64,000 nt of DNA from Haliotis rufescens (GCF_023055435.1 NW_025963890.1:21328001-21392000), one strand, 5' to 3'; counted from the first letter of the stretch, positions 1 through 12,183 are shown. The notes: a model not told the origin generated them from the letters alone. Made by a program: numbers and translations.

Positions 1-404
1 AAAAATGTCCCCATTGAAACATATCTTAGTACTCAGGAAAAAAGATCATTGCCTGAGAATGTATTGTTTTTAAGGTCTTAGCCAAATGGATAAGTGCCCT
101 TAATGTACAAGAACTGTGTATGAAGTAATACTCAGCCTATATATAAACAAAACAAACATGTGTCATAATCTCATTTGTACAGAACAGAAAACCTCATTTG
201 ATGCTCCAACAAAGGCCTTCATAAATACCATACTTCCTCTACTAATTAGTGCCCGGTTATTTCTTAACTTGTTTACTTTTAGACATGGCTCATATATCAG
301 AGGCTGGCTTTACTAGAGACCCAGGCCTTACTCATTCCTTTTGTGTCTGTGCCCTAGGAGAAATCACTAGCTGTAGCTGACCCGGCCCTTAATAAAATAC
401 ATAC

Positions 405-464
405 CTTGGAGGCAAATCCACTCATTGAGCTGCCGACGTCATTCATCAAGGAGCCGTCCTTCAC
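405..464 (-). CDS. ARFGAP1: ARFGAP1 internal coding exon (60 nt, phase 0/0), VKDGSLMNDVGSSMSGFASK, ALPS2 N-terminal half, copy B
   Basis: Minus strand reads ttctctcacAG|GTGAAG...TCCAAG|GTatgt with canonical splice sites. The peptide resembles the recalled vertebrate ARFGAP1 segment VKEGKIFDDVSSGVSQLASK and follows the 15081-15170 exon in frame. Confidence 0.85.
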
Positions 465-1666
465 CTGTGAGAGAACAAACAGTAAAATTAGCATTATCAT
501 TCACAGTTGATCATACTACAGTCAGAACAGAGCTTTGAGATGTTTGAGGATGTACACTATATACTCATAATCATTTAATCTATCAGGGGTCAAACTTAGA
601 CTTACTACATTCAGGAGGTTATTTGTGTAACTACCGTATTATATGTATTTTTTGCCCGTCTGTCCACAGAACTGAACTGTTAGTGACATGGAGTTAATTG
701 TGAATTAAAAGTGGTTAATCATGCCACTTCACTTAAATACAACAGTCAAGCCAATCGTGATGTGAGTTTCAAACATTGAACACTTTGGTGATGTCCAAAA
801 CAAACAAAACAGTGATATTTTAAATATAAAAAAGAGGCACTCATCCACTCCGAAGTGAACTAGACAGTATTGACACTATCCTTGGGTGAGTGGGTATTCA
901 ATATTTGGAAAGTCTGTCTGTATGTTATCATTATTCAAGTGAGTGCTGTCACAGTCCTTGACATAAGCCAAGGGTCATAATCAGGGTAATCAGGGTCCAA
1001 ACCCACAACCATTGTATCCATCCTTTCAGCTATGGGATGCAACTCCTTGTTAATCTTAACAGGTTTGTATACACTGAATGACCAGGGTATTTTATTAACA
1101 GGTTAATATTAGAACCCTCCATCAGATACAGCAGCTTTGTAGTGTTGTTACTACTCGTAACCAACAAACCAAGCCTCAGCCAGGTCTCTAGTACTGCGTC
1201 ACGACTGTGCAAATTATATATAGATATTTGTTTTACTAAAAGCTAGGCAAGTCTAGCTTCCTTGACATCACTGCAGACGAGGAAAGGTTCTTTTGAAGAA
1301 AAAAATTACAATTATTTTACTGAAATGCTAATTGTTAGTCTACCTGGTTTCAGCAAGAGGGAAACCAGCGAGAGCTTTGACCAATGAGTGTTCAGATTAC
1401 ATCACAAAAAAGTTTGTGGTCATCCACTCTACACACTGCTTCAATATCAGGCAACTGAAGAGTTAGACAAAATTCATGTGTGAAGCAGGACTCATTTGAC
1501 TCCCACGAGACGAATTTCATTACTTGACTCAAAGTAGACACGCATCACTATTACACCACATACTGACCATATGTATTCATGGGAGATGGAGGAACGTATA
1601 CAAAACATTATTTATGAAGGACTGATGGATGCAACTCTGCACAGCCAGCTGTGGTACTAAGATCAG

Positions 1667-2068
1667 ACCGCCTCCGTGGTCTAGTCATAGAGCATCCGCC
1701 CAGAGAGCGTACAGTCTGGGGTTGATCCCAGGCCGTGTCACACCAAAAGATGTTAAAAGATGGTACTTGTTGTTTCCCTGTGTGCGCTTAGCATTAAGGG
1801 GCTCATAGTCAGTATACTGTGTCTGAGTGGGGTATTCATGTCAAACTGCGTCATGGTATCTTAGTGGGCTAGCACTATAAATCGGCATNNNNNNNNNNNN
1901 NNNNNNNNNNNNNNNNNNNNNNNNNNNNNNNNNNNNNNNNNNNNNNNNNNNNNNNNNNNNNNNNNNNNNNNNNNNNNNNNNNNNNNNNNNNNNNNNNNNN
2001 NNNNNNNNNNNNNNNNNNNNNNNNNNNAAGTACACTAATCTTGACCTTAAACCCAATTTCACCTCACC
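1667..2068 (+). mobile_element. tRNA-headed SINE family A (Meta/MESC-like core)
   Basis: tRNA-like head ACCGCCTCCGTGGTCTAGTCATAGAGC...GGGTTGATCCC, core GTCACACCAAAAGATGTTAAAAGATGGTAC and tail CACCTCACC; TACTAAGAT flanks it (1655-1663, 2069-2077); homologous to 54664-55016. Confidence 0.85.
1889..2027. other. Assembly gap (139 N)
   Basis: Run of N inside the SINE, where other family A copies have a (CA/TG)-rich microsatellite. Confidence 0.99.
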
Positions 2069-2890
2069 TACTAAGATAACTTGGCCAGCCGCACAACCAG
2101 CATGTGCATGAGTAATGGGCGGTCTTGCAACTCTCACATGGATAAAAGAAACTAATATTTTGTCTGCTACGTCTCACCAGAGTTTCCAAGGCAAGAACAA
2201 ATTGGAAAATAACATGCTATGGAAATGCTCTGGGGATGTTAAATATGCAGACTGGTATATATACATTACATACGGTAAATCATAGAGATGACAAAAAATG
2301 AAGGACCTATAGATCGTAAGAAGGAAGAGTTGTCAGGTGTTATTAATGAGATTATCAAGCCTGCAGACGTTAAATATGATATGGAAACACTGACATAACA
2401 CAGCAACCAGGGGTGTAAGATAACAAGGACACCGAACATATCACTCTGTACATGGATTGCTGCATCTCAGCATGGAGATGCAACTATGTACCAGCTGCCA
2501 ACTCCTTAACAGTCAGTGTTTTCAGATCCTTTTTATCCCAAGTTGTTGAGATATGTTAAGATGTGTTGATTATACATTATTTACAAAACTGTATAACAAA
2601 GCTAAATCAATTGGTATCTGAGGATTGGGATTTGAAATGGAATGCATTCATTATTTAACAAAGTGAGTGACGGAGTGACTTCGGGCACATGCTGCTGCTC
2701 TTGAAAGTGTTTTTATCATATCACAGCAGTCAGTTGTTTTGTCATGTTGGAGGCATTACTATGTCAAAGTAACACAAGTCACAGACAATTACACAGGTGC
2801 CTGTGGAGATTCCAAGATAGGAAAGGTCACAATTTTTGTACCAGGTGCTTATGATTTAAAGAGCCAACTAATGATTATCAAGAAGTTACA

Positions 2891-3430
2891 ATGTGTGAGC
2901 TGGTTGATTGTGTGTCATCATGGTCAGATGATGTGGATTGTTGTTCATGCAATCAACCACTGGTTTGCCTGACCAAGAACTGATTATCTACGATCCTCCA
3001 TGTGTGACCTGGCTGATTGTGTGTCATCATGGTCAGATGGTGTGGATTGTTGTTCATGCAATCAACCACTGGTTTGCCTGACCAAGAACTGATTATCTAC
3101 GATCCTCCATGTGTGACCTGGCTGATTGTGTGTCATCATGGTCAGATGATGTGGATTGTTGTTCATGCAATCAACCACTGGTTTGCCTGACCAAGAACTG
3201 ATTATCTACGATCCTCCATGTGTGACCTGGCTGATTGTGTGTCATCATGGTCAGATGGTGTGGATTGTTGTTCATGCAATCAACCACTGGTTTGCCTGAC
3301 CAAGAACTGATTATCTAAGATCTTCCATGTGTCACCTGGCTGATTGTGTGTCATCATGGTCAGATGGTGTGGATTGCTGTTCATGCTATCAACCACTGGT
3401 TTGCCATGATACAGCTTGATTATTACTGAC
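2891..3430 (+). repeat. Tandem array, 109-bp unit, about 4.8 copies, derived from the SINE family D body
   Basis: (A/T)ATCAACCACTGG recurs at 2951, 3060, 3169, 3278 and 3387; the unit aligns to the middle of the element at 3723-3975. Confidence 0.92.
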
Positions 3431-3722
3431 GGCAGTCTAAATTGACCATCATCACAACTCCCAAGAGAGCTATCATAATCAGGGTTCACCTATAATTTGT
3501 CACATACAGTCAGTGCAGGGCCAGTCTCGATGACTGGTCCACCTGTACTTTCTGTTGTTGCTAAATCTTGGTTACAGTGCCACATCACAAAGAGTATTCT
3601 GAAAACTCATTCCCGTTTGGCACATAGGGGCTGGAAACATACCCAGCACCCATGTTTGTTGGTTAAATTTAACTGACTAAAACAAATATCAGAATGTTAC
3701 AATGTGTCTCCTGATTGTGTGT

Positions 3723-3975
3723 GACCCATGAAGATTCCGAATAGGTCTTCAGTAACCCATGCTTGCCGTAAAAGGTGACTATGCTTGTCGTAAACGGCGA
3801 CTAAAATAGGATTGGGTGGTCACGGTCAGGCTCGCTGACTTGGTTGATGCATGTCTGATTGATCCCAAGTGCGTGGATCGATGCTCATGATATTAATCAC
3901 TGGATTGTCTGGTCCAGAATTGATTATTTACAGACCGCCGTCATATAGCTGGAATATTGCTGATTGTGTGTAAAT
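3723..3975 (+). mobile_element. SINE-like family D (no tRNA head)
   Basis: GACCCATGAAG...GCTTGTCGTAAACGGCGACTAA...CTGGAATATTGCTG; homologous to 16339-16594. Confidence 0.8.
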
Positions 3976-4593
3976 GCTGCTCATGCTATCAACCACTGAT
4001 TTGTCTTGTCCAGATTTAACGACATATATCTGCCATAATACAACTATTGGAGTGACAATCACCACCTACTCAGTGTATAATAACAAGTTTGTGACATGAC
4101 GAAAGCATTGCCTCGTCATGCTGAACACCTTGTTTTCCATCCCCATATGGGAATGATGTAGATCTCCCATTTCGATGTACCCCATAGTGATATTGCTTTA
4201 TCATTTGAAAAGAGGCAAAAAACATCTTCTTAAATTTTGATTTAATCTACAAAAGTCTTATTCAGAACAGACAGACATTTCTCTTGGTAACATTATTTGT
4301 AGGTCACCTCTATTGTAGGACAACAGTGAATATATTATACAAAAATAACTGATTATGATACCAACAGAACTGATGATATTATAAATGATGTCTGTGACTC
4401 CTAAAATTGGTATTGTTGAATCATAAGACTTAAACCTAGTATAGAAAGAGAGAGATAGATAAAGCATCCAAATATATCCTTAACCTTTAGTTGTACATAA
4501 TATGCTTCCAAAACAGATCGATCATTACAGATAGATGAAGCAAACAACTGTAAATATCAGTTTCAAAATGGCACTGCTGTGATGTTAGTTGTG

Positions 4594-4938
4594 AGGTGAA
4601 GCGTGTGTGTGTGTGTGCTGATGCTGGTATTATAGTGCTAGCCCACTGAGATACCATGACACCGGATATAACTGGAATACTGTTAAAAGCGGCATTAAAC
4701 CCAACTAACTGACTGACTGACTGACTCACTCACTGAGATACCATGCAACACTGAATACCCACTTAGGCACAGTATACTGACTCAGAGCTGACCCGTCCTT
4801 GTTTTAGCCCCTTATTTATATGGTGCCAGGAGGTACCATTTTTATGTCTTTTTATAAGACATAGCCAGGGATCGAACCCTTAGACCTTCAATTTTCCAGG
4901 CTGACACTCTATGTAACCACTAGACCACTGAGGCAGTA
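4594..4938 (-). mobile_element. SINE family A copy with a nested 72-bp 3'-tail insertion (4659-4730, plus strand)
   Basis: Homologous to 54664-55016. The nested piece CTGGAATACTGTTAAAAGCGGCATTAAAC-(ACTG/ACTC)n is flanked by a 15-bp TSD CACTGAGATACCATG (4644-4658, 4731-4745). Confidence 0.8.
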
Positions 4939-5226
4939 GATATGATGTTAAGTTTTAATACAAATGCATGTGAATGTATAGTCTTTCATATTTCAAGCAT
5001 GACAAACATGTATACATACATCCAGCCACACATATGTTACTGGCAATTTCATTAAAATCAGATTTGACACTTTGATATGATTTGATTTTTTCGACTTGAT
5101 ACCTGACTCTCCGTCAAGATATGACAACTGCCTGTAGAAGAACATGTCATGTGACCCAATCAAAATGAAGGATGAGCAAATGAGATGTCAGTGATCTCTA
5201 TTCCATATGGTTATATTTGAACAATA

Positions 5227-6489
5227 CAGTGATCACTCGCTACAACGCTACCTTCAAGGTCCAAATAATTAATGAGCGTTATAGATGATCCGCTGAGTCA
5301 AAGGTGGTAGATGACCAACAAAACAGTATACATGCTCTGCCTACCGAACACGATCTACGTTGCACGTTTCAGAGTTTAAAAAAAGATTAGAATAGAAGTT
5401 GTTTATGAATCATTGTGTAAAAAAAAGATTTATCGAGTATTGATATGCTCTTTCAAAAAGACACATCGTTTTCCTTCAGCGAATTACGGTGAATAAACAG
5501 GTATAACAAACTTGGTCAATAAAAATATGAAATTTGATATAAAACATCACTAGACATGATGATTTACAATTTAAATTGTGTTTCCTGCTCTCCAAGGCAT
5601 TGTTTTATATGCAGAGATAAACATTACCGTGTGTATTTTCTCGTAAACTAAGCCGGAAATAGTAATCAGCTGTGCACACGTTTCCTCCCAATATACTGAT
5701 GATTCAGTCTAAAAGTACCCAATGATACAACTCAAAAGAATTTTGATGCAATGGTTGGAAGAAATTGTATCTGAAATTATTATCTTATCAGGAATAATAT
5801 ATTCCAATATCGTGTTATTTTAGTTGCAGCTTTCACTATATATATATTTAAAATTATAAGAACCATAAGGGTAGCACTTTGGTACAGGTGGTATGCAGGA
5901 TATTTTTACGTATTGAACAATTTGACCAGTCACCGTAGGGACTTCCCGCGCTACATGTATTTTGATTGAGAAAACCTTATGTTGACATTTAATAGTTAAA
6001 CTGCCTCAAATATGACTTTTAGCGAGTCATGGTAAGGCATTTATGATATGTGTATCCATTCTCTTGCAACTTAAGTTAATTTCAAGGCATCAATAGCGGT
6101 AATCGGACTGTGGTTGCTGTAAACAACAGTAATTTGTGTGATCTACCGACCACTTCGTATACGATTTTGCAAAAATTACAAAAAAACATTATTTTAATTA
6201 TTGAATGAAATTTTGAATAAAATTAATAAAATATATTGTAAACATTAGTCCAGATAAACAATGAACAAATTTTTTATACCTAGGTATTATAATAATAGGA
6301 TAAAATTGCCTACTTCAGTTTGGATTTGTTGACTGGTATTTCCGGTGTTCACCTAAACGCGGTGATCAGCTGATAATGTTTTTTGAGATGGGAGAAAACA
6401 TTGTGTCGTTGGAACTTGGGGAGCCATGCTTTACCGCACTATAACCGAATTAGCGCTATATTGAAGAGTGCAATAGCGAGGGAACACTA
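5227..6489. mobile_element. Non-autonomous pogo/Tigger-like DNA transposon, copy 1
   Basis: TA|CAGTGATCACTCGCTAC at the left end and ATAGCGAGGGAACACT at the right are imperfect TIRs; about 1 kb is clearly homologous to 61486-63727. Confidence 0.8.
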
Positions 6490-7529
6490 TCTCTGTCACA
6501 CACAAACACAAATTTCCCTTTTAAGTACACCCTTTCGGATTCAGACACAATGGCACTCATACATGACAGAGTGTGTGATTCTCCATTCATTTGTGTTTGA
6601 GATACAGAAATCTGATATGATGCTCCCAATGACCCAGCTACTTATGCCGCAAATTTAAAGAAATTAGTCATGCTAGTGTTACTTACCACCTATCATGAAA
6701 CAACATGTTAAATCTGACTGCATACAACTATAAGAAAAAGTCTCAACTAATACATCCTCTACCTTGAAGTATTGGTTGGGATCACCAAAAACAGGCTTCA
6801 CACTACATGTACCATTATGGGATTCAAACCCAAGTGTTGGGCCTGAGAAGCTATAACCAGTGTGCTACCATGCATATGGCTTCATGACAACATTATTCAG
6901 ATGAAGGTGTACTTGGTCCATTAATACTCTGAAGGTTGCTGTTCTACCACAATTTGCCTCTGAACCATGGCACCATGAGATCTGAACCATGGCAACTGTT
7001 CACTGTCATCACAGAATGTAATCATGTTAGTGCCGTCCATTTCTGCTGTGATATGGATTGCTTGCTAAGGTCTCCCGACAATTCGGATTCACAGGCTATG
7101 CTGTTCTCCTGATAACAGAACCATCATGTGTGTAATCACTTTAGGAGGAGATTGGAATTTGATGATTTAATCCTTGGAAGTAATACGACTTTCAAGATGA
7201 CAGTTTGTGTCCTGAGATGGGTCAATATGACCCTAACCTCAAGTGTGAACAATCTAAGAGCTTGACTCTGCTTGTGTGATTGAGACATTTCAGAGACAAA
7301 TGGCTTTCTTTATGGGGGCTGAACATATCTTAGATTAAGAATTTGAATGCTGAAATAGGATATTGAATTCGTAGCAGACACTTCATGCCAAATTTTTCCA
7401 TAAAGGGAGGAGGACTTTATCAGGATAGGATAACACATTAGAATAATCTGGACAGTCAGGACAATTCTGATCACTTTCCCGCTGGACGCTTCATAAGTGA
7501 GGTGAAATTGGGTTTAACGTCGCATTCCA

Positions 7530-7660
7530 CACCAGAATACAGTGGCCACAACTTTCTTCACTGATCTTGAAGACTTGAATTTCTTTGGTGCCGGAGAAGT
7601 GGAATGGTGCCTACGTTTTGACTTGGGATCAGAGTTGTAGACCCATGTTTCATCACCCAC
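7530..7660 (-). pseudogene. mariner transposase fragment (catalytic-domain start), 3' part of the split element
   Basis: Minus-strand translation GDETWVYNSDPKSKRRHHSTSPAPKKFKSSRSVKKVVATVFW contains the mariner first catalytic Asp motif and the KKFK/KVMATVFW-type motif. Confidence 0.85.
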
Positions 7661-7664
7661 TTAA

Positions 7665-10600
7665 AGCCCCATCTGCGGTAGGAACTACCGCACTCTAGTG
7701 GGCGGAGCTTATACGAGTGATCTGACAGGTCAATATGACGTCATGATAACACACACATTTCATTGGTTATTGCGTAAACGGGTGACGTCATGTAAACACC
7801 CACCCACGTGGGCCGTTTGACAACAAGGACGTAAGTTTTAATGGTAATATAAATATCTACCAAACGATTCCAAGGCTTTTCAACAAACGCGTAGGTCTTT
7901 GGTTTCAAAACCTACCTGCCATGTCGTCTTCACATCTTCATAAAATGATACCGCGGAATGTCCACGATATATCCAACGCAGTCCAATACAGAAATTATAG
8001 ACGTTCTTGTTCTGAGCTATTCTAGATCTCCCGACGACAACGAATTAATACGTTTGTCGTGATGAATATGAACAGTGTAATTGAACACAAAAAAAACATT
8101 ATATGTGTCACGGCAACAATCGTTATCCTGTGGTGTACGGTATATCTGCAGTTTATAAATAGCATTTCTCACATATACACGGTAATCGGTGATTTCAACA
8201 GTGTTTATCTTCGTTCTGTTCGTCTTGCCTTCATCTGGAATCTGGATGACAACGATCGTGTAAAAAACCCTGGTAATGGTCAAAAATATTTTCACGTGAT
8301 CAAAGTAGTTTTTTGTCGTTTCCGTGACATTTTTTCATTGCCCAGTAGCAATGTATTTTGGCAAAGTCACACTTGTCCGATGAAGCTCTTCGTGCCGAAG
8401 TAACTCGATCCGTGAAACTTGGCGGGTCCCAGTGACCCAGATCCCTCTTGATTGGCATGCCAAGTGTCATTTGCATAAGGCCATCCATATTTTTTGTATG
8501 TGTTTCTCCCCTCAAGCCTAAACTAACCAGAGAGCGGCCGGACGAGATAAAATATATATTACTTATCAAAAAATGTCTTTCAATAATTGTGTAAGTTATT
8601 TTATGACATTTAAAAAAAAAGTTTAAACACTTGGTACTAGAATCTAGTCTATGAATTTGTTTATTATGTAGATCGATTCGCTTTGCTTCGGAAGCGAATT
8701 TTTAATAAACAACGGAACAAAGATAAAGTTGATCTGGTTCTATTATAAAGTTGAGCTAGTAGTATTTCTTTTAATAGATCGGTGCGCAATTTTCCACAGC
8801 GGCAGCAAAATTAAGATACGAAAACATTATATTATTTTACGTCGCAATGGAAATAAGAATATTAAAATACGGACAGCCTCACAGACTTCGAAACGATGTT
8901 CAAATAAATATTTGTTCACATTAATTCTGTCATGTGCGAGAAAATGGATTCCAACATTATTTTCATCAAGCTTATTCAGGTCGCTGGCTGCACAGATCAC
9001 CCTCTCTTGTAAACTACTTCGGCATGAACACATGTTTTGTCGCGAAGCTCAAAGCAACAATGTTTCTCTCAGATACATTTTTTTCTCCATCAATGACGAG
9101 CATCTGTCATAATGTGCCTCAACAACCTTCCTGGTCAGTTGAATTCAACAATGTTATACACACGGCCTCATTCACGGCTTCATCACAAGATTCCTTCCAA
9201 ATACCCGCCACGTGATCAGGGTTACGACCTTGGGATGAATTAATAAATTAATTTGCACTTTTAGAAAAAAAAATTTTTCGTGAATATTATTATTCAAAAA
9301 TATCCTTTACATGGTACTTTGGGATTGCACTGCGGATTTCTTTTATTACTTTCTAAAACTTTTTGTTTTCCCCTTTCTGACCTCGCGATCTCCTAGCAAC
9401 CACGCCCCATGAGTGCATCGAGTTGCTGCTTACAACTGACAAGAACTTTGCAATTTCGCTTGTCTTCAATATGAGCAACAAAACATTTTCATGTAAATCC
9501 TAATTTGACGAAGAGGTTTTCGAGATAATCAGGAAGCCTTTGGTCATTTCGATTGTGACATTGGTGACTTTATCGTGGAGAAAGTTCCAATTCAAGATGA
9601 CTTCATTCCGATTCACAACTCGAATCGACAAGATGGCGCCTCTCTTCCCGCCCTTGAAAGTGCAACAGAAACTTTGACAAATTCAGTGCCGATTCTTGGG
9701 AGTAGGGAATCAGTGTCACAGCGAGATTTCATTGTGGAACCAGATGAAGCCGAATATGTATGTTCACACTTCTTTTGTCAACCATGCGTGACACGGCACA
9801 GACAATCGCAGTTAGGGAATGGTGCGGCCACCATGTTGCAGAAATTCGTCGATTCGAACACAGTGTTTCTGGACTGAGTTAAATAAACGAAGTGTTTGGA
9901 GAGATCGTAGATACTTGGACTTGAAGAAACGGAATTATACGTTGCAGCAAATGAAGGATTGGTGTGGACAAAACGGGAAAGGGATCCCAGATTGTACTTT
10001 AAAACTTGTGCGCGAAGTGTATCCAAATACCCCGAACAAAAAATACATGGGACAAGTGTGGATCTAATGATCAAACTCAGTTTTGTGTGTGAAAATTCTG
10101 TGAAAGATAAAGGAAATTCATAATTAAAGTTGTCTTGGAATATGTGTATTGGAGTTTTCGTTTATCGTAAGTACAATATTATCCGGATACGCCTTCTGTA
10201 GGCCAAAACATCAAGTATATTCAGTTACTTATTTACCAGTTGCTTATGTGCATTGTTATGTTGATACACGTAATATATTCATCTATTGTAGTCAAGCTGA
10301 GAAATATTGGCGCAACTTCTGGTGCTTCAAATTAGGCCCCTTCCTAAACACTAGTTGAAAAATCTCTGTAATAATTTACGTTTGATGAATATAAACTGAT
10401 TATTGTGTGGCACAAATCTAACTGTTGAATGCAAATGACCAAAACTAAACAAATATCTGTAATTTTCGAATGGAACTGAAAGAATCGCGTCGTCAATTTC
10501 GTATTTAAGTATCGTTACTGTTACATTAACTGAAACTGATGTTCTGCTGCTGTTCTGCCTTAAAAATATACAACACAATACACTTTGACCACAAATGCAT

Positions 10601-10942
10601 TAAATGTGTCACATGTACACATGACCATGTGCTTTGCTATTTATAGCGCAAACGTAAATAAGCTCCGCCCACTGTGATCGATGCAGACGCCAAACACGAT
10701 CGATTCGATTTTTTAGGATAAAACTACAGAAAATTTATTGACTTATATCTTGATATGGAGCCATTTGTTGTATCCATGGTTTGTCATTCAAGTTGATACG
10801 AAGTTTGACGGTCAATGGTGATCTTGTTCCAGTATGGTTTTCAAAAAACGTCTCCCGACACTCGGTTGTGTTTACATTGTCAGTCATTGTTCGAAACTGA
10901 AACACCGCCACCTTGCGGGCTATTTATAGTCAGGGTGGGGCT
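7665..10942. mobile_element. Kolobok-like DNA transposon (3.28 kb), defective or non-autonomous
   Basis: TTAA duplicated at 7661-7664 and 10943-10946; termini AGCCCCA...TGGGGCT (RR...YY); subterminal inverted repeat AGTGGGCGGAGCTTAT near 7697 and 10658; removing it rejoins the two mariner halves. Confidence 0.8.
9575..10067 (+). pseudogene. Frameshifted KolX-like / P2X7-ballast-like Cys-rich accessory ORF
   Basis: Two overlapping ORFs (9575-9877, 9819-10067) give CSHFFCQPC...FWTELNKRSVW...YL..K...IPDCTLKLVREVYPN...YMG, resembling the recalled P2X7 C-terminal pattern IPSC...IR..FP.....YSGF. Confidence 0.6.
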
Positions 10943-10946
10943 TTAA

Positions 10947-11584
10947 GTAATTTCTTTTTGAATTTGACGAAATCCTCTTCAATTAGCTCTAAATTTCCCC
11001 TGGCAATGACAGTAGTTTTTTCCTTAAGAACAGAATTTAGGAACTTTGGCACCCCACAAGCAGACATCATATTCATCTGTAAATGTTCATGAATAATAGT
11101 TTCAATGGATCCATAGCTAAGACCTGTTTCTTCCTCAAGTTCAGCAATGGTAATATGTCTAGCTAACAGTATAAGTTTTCCTATCTCCTTGATTGAATCT
11201 GCATTGATGGAAGTTGAGGGACATCCAGACCTAGCGTCATCATCAAGGCTTGTTCTCCCAGGCTTAAACATAGCTGTCCAACATTTAACATCAGAATAGC
11301 TAGGGTACTTATCCCCATACACTTGTGACATGCGGTCATGAAATGCTTAGGGAGTACTTTACTCTAAAGTAAAAAAACTTGATCACTGCTCGGTACTCGT
11401 TCTGTTTCATTTCTGTGTCCATTTGGACTCCTATCATGTTCAACTTGCTGTCACTTATACACAAACGGCCTCAACAGACCAAATACACTTGCAATGAACT
11501 ACTCAAACAATGTACTACATTGACTAGTTCACTTTGTTATGGCCCATAGTTGAAAGATAGTCAGGCTTTTTTGGCCAGCCCTCG
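10947..11584 (-). mobile_element. mariner element, 5' part (TIR plus HTH region of a decayed transposase)
   Basis: 5' end TA|CGAGGGCTGGCCAAAAAAG; the ORF reads EYRAVIKFF...GRTSLDDDARSGCP...ITIAELEEETGLSYGSIETIIHEHL...GVPKFL (WVPxxL-like linker). Confidence 0.88.
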
Positions 11585-11714
11585 TATCCATCTGATCCCC
11601 CATTAGTCAGTTCTTCCAACAAGCATGGTATACATAAGAAAGCTCACAACACTTACAACAGGCAAAAAGAAGCAGGGTCAAAGACAAGTGTAGAACATGA
11701 ACATGATGACTTAC

Positions 11715-11774
11715 TTTGTCGGTAAAGTTTACAACAGATGCCGACACATCGTTGAAAATCTTGCCCTCTGCCAC
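11715..11774 (-). CDS. ARFGAP1: ARFGAP1 internal coding exon (60 nt, phase 0/0), VAEGKIFNDVSASVVNFTDK, ALPS2 N-terminal half, copy A
   Basis: ttttcacccaatcAG|GTGGCA...GACAAA|GTaagt; same length and phase as 405-464 with 8/20 aa identity; EGKIF.DVS matches the recalled vertebrate ARFGAP1. Confidence 0.82.
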
Positions 11775-12165
11775 CTGATTGGGTGAAAACAGACACACAA
11801 ACATCAACATGCAACAAAAGAAATCAAAAGACTACAAACAAAATAAAACAACATGAAAGTTTGATCATCAGCGAAAGTAAAGAAAAAATCTTAGACTTCA
11901 GAGTGATAAAATGTATTTCACTTGAAAATAACTTGAGACATGAAAACATGTTTCAAGAACAAACTGGATAACATATGGTCATTATTTGAATTAGATGTAC
12001 AATTGATGATCAAACTTTTTGAAAAATAATGATCTACATTTCAGTGCTTCAGATTGCCTTGAATACCTATTCATCAATGTCCCAGTATCATTGAAATGAT
12101 GGAAAGAAATATATGTCCAAATTGCTAAGAATGGAGGGTGATTTCTTGTTTGACGGGTCACTCAC

Positions 12166-12183
12166 CCACACCTTCCTGGCAAT
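12166..12183 (-). CDS. ARFGAP1: Candidate 18-nt frame-preserving ARFGAP1 microexon (IARKVW)
   Basis: acagTGCttcAG|ATTGCCAGGAAGGTGTGG|GTGAGT: strong donor, TGC just upstream of the AG, pyrimidine tract further upstream, phase 0/0 between two phase-0 exons. No homology support. Confidence 0.4.

Noticed and set aside
2891-3430. CRISPR-like or retrozyme-like array
   Set aside because: There are no unique spacers and no hammerhead core (CTGATGA...GAAA); the unit is SINE-derived in a eukaryotic context.
3723-3815. Canonical HDV-like ribozyme at the family D 5' end
   Set aside because: The P3/L3/P1.1 and J4/2 order could not be fitted by eye; kept only as an unspecified structured leader.
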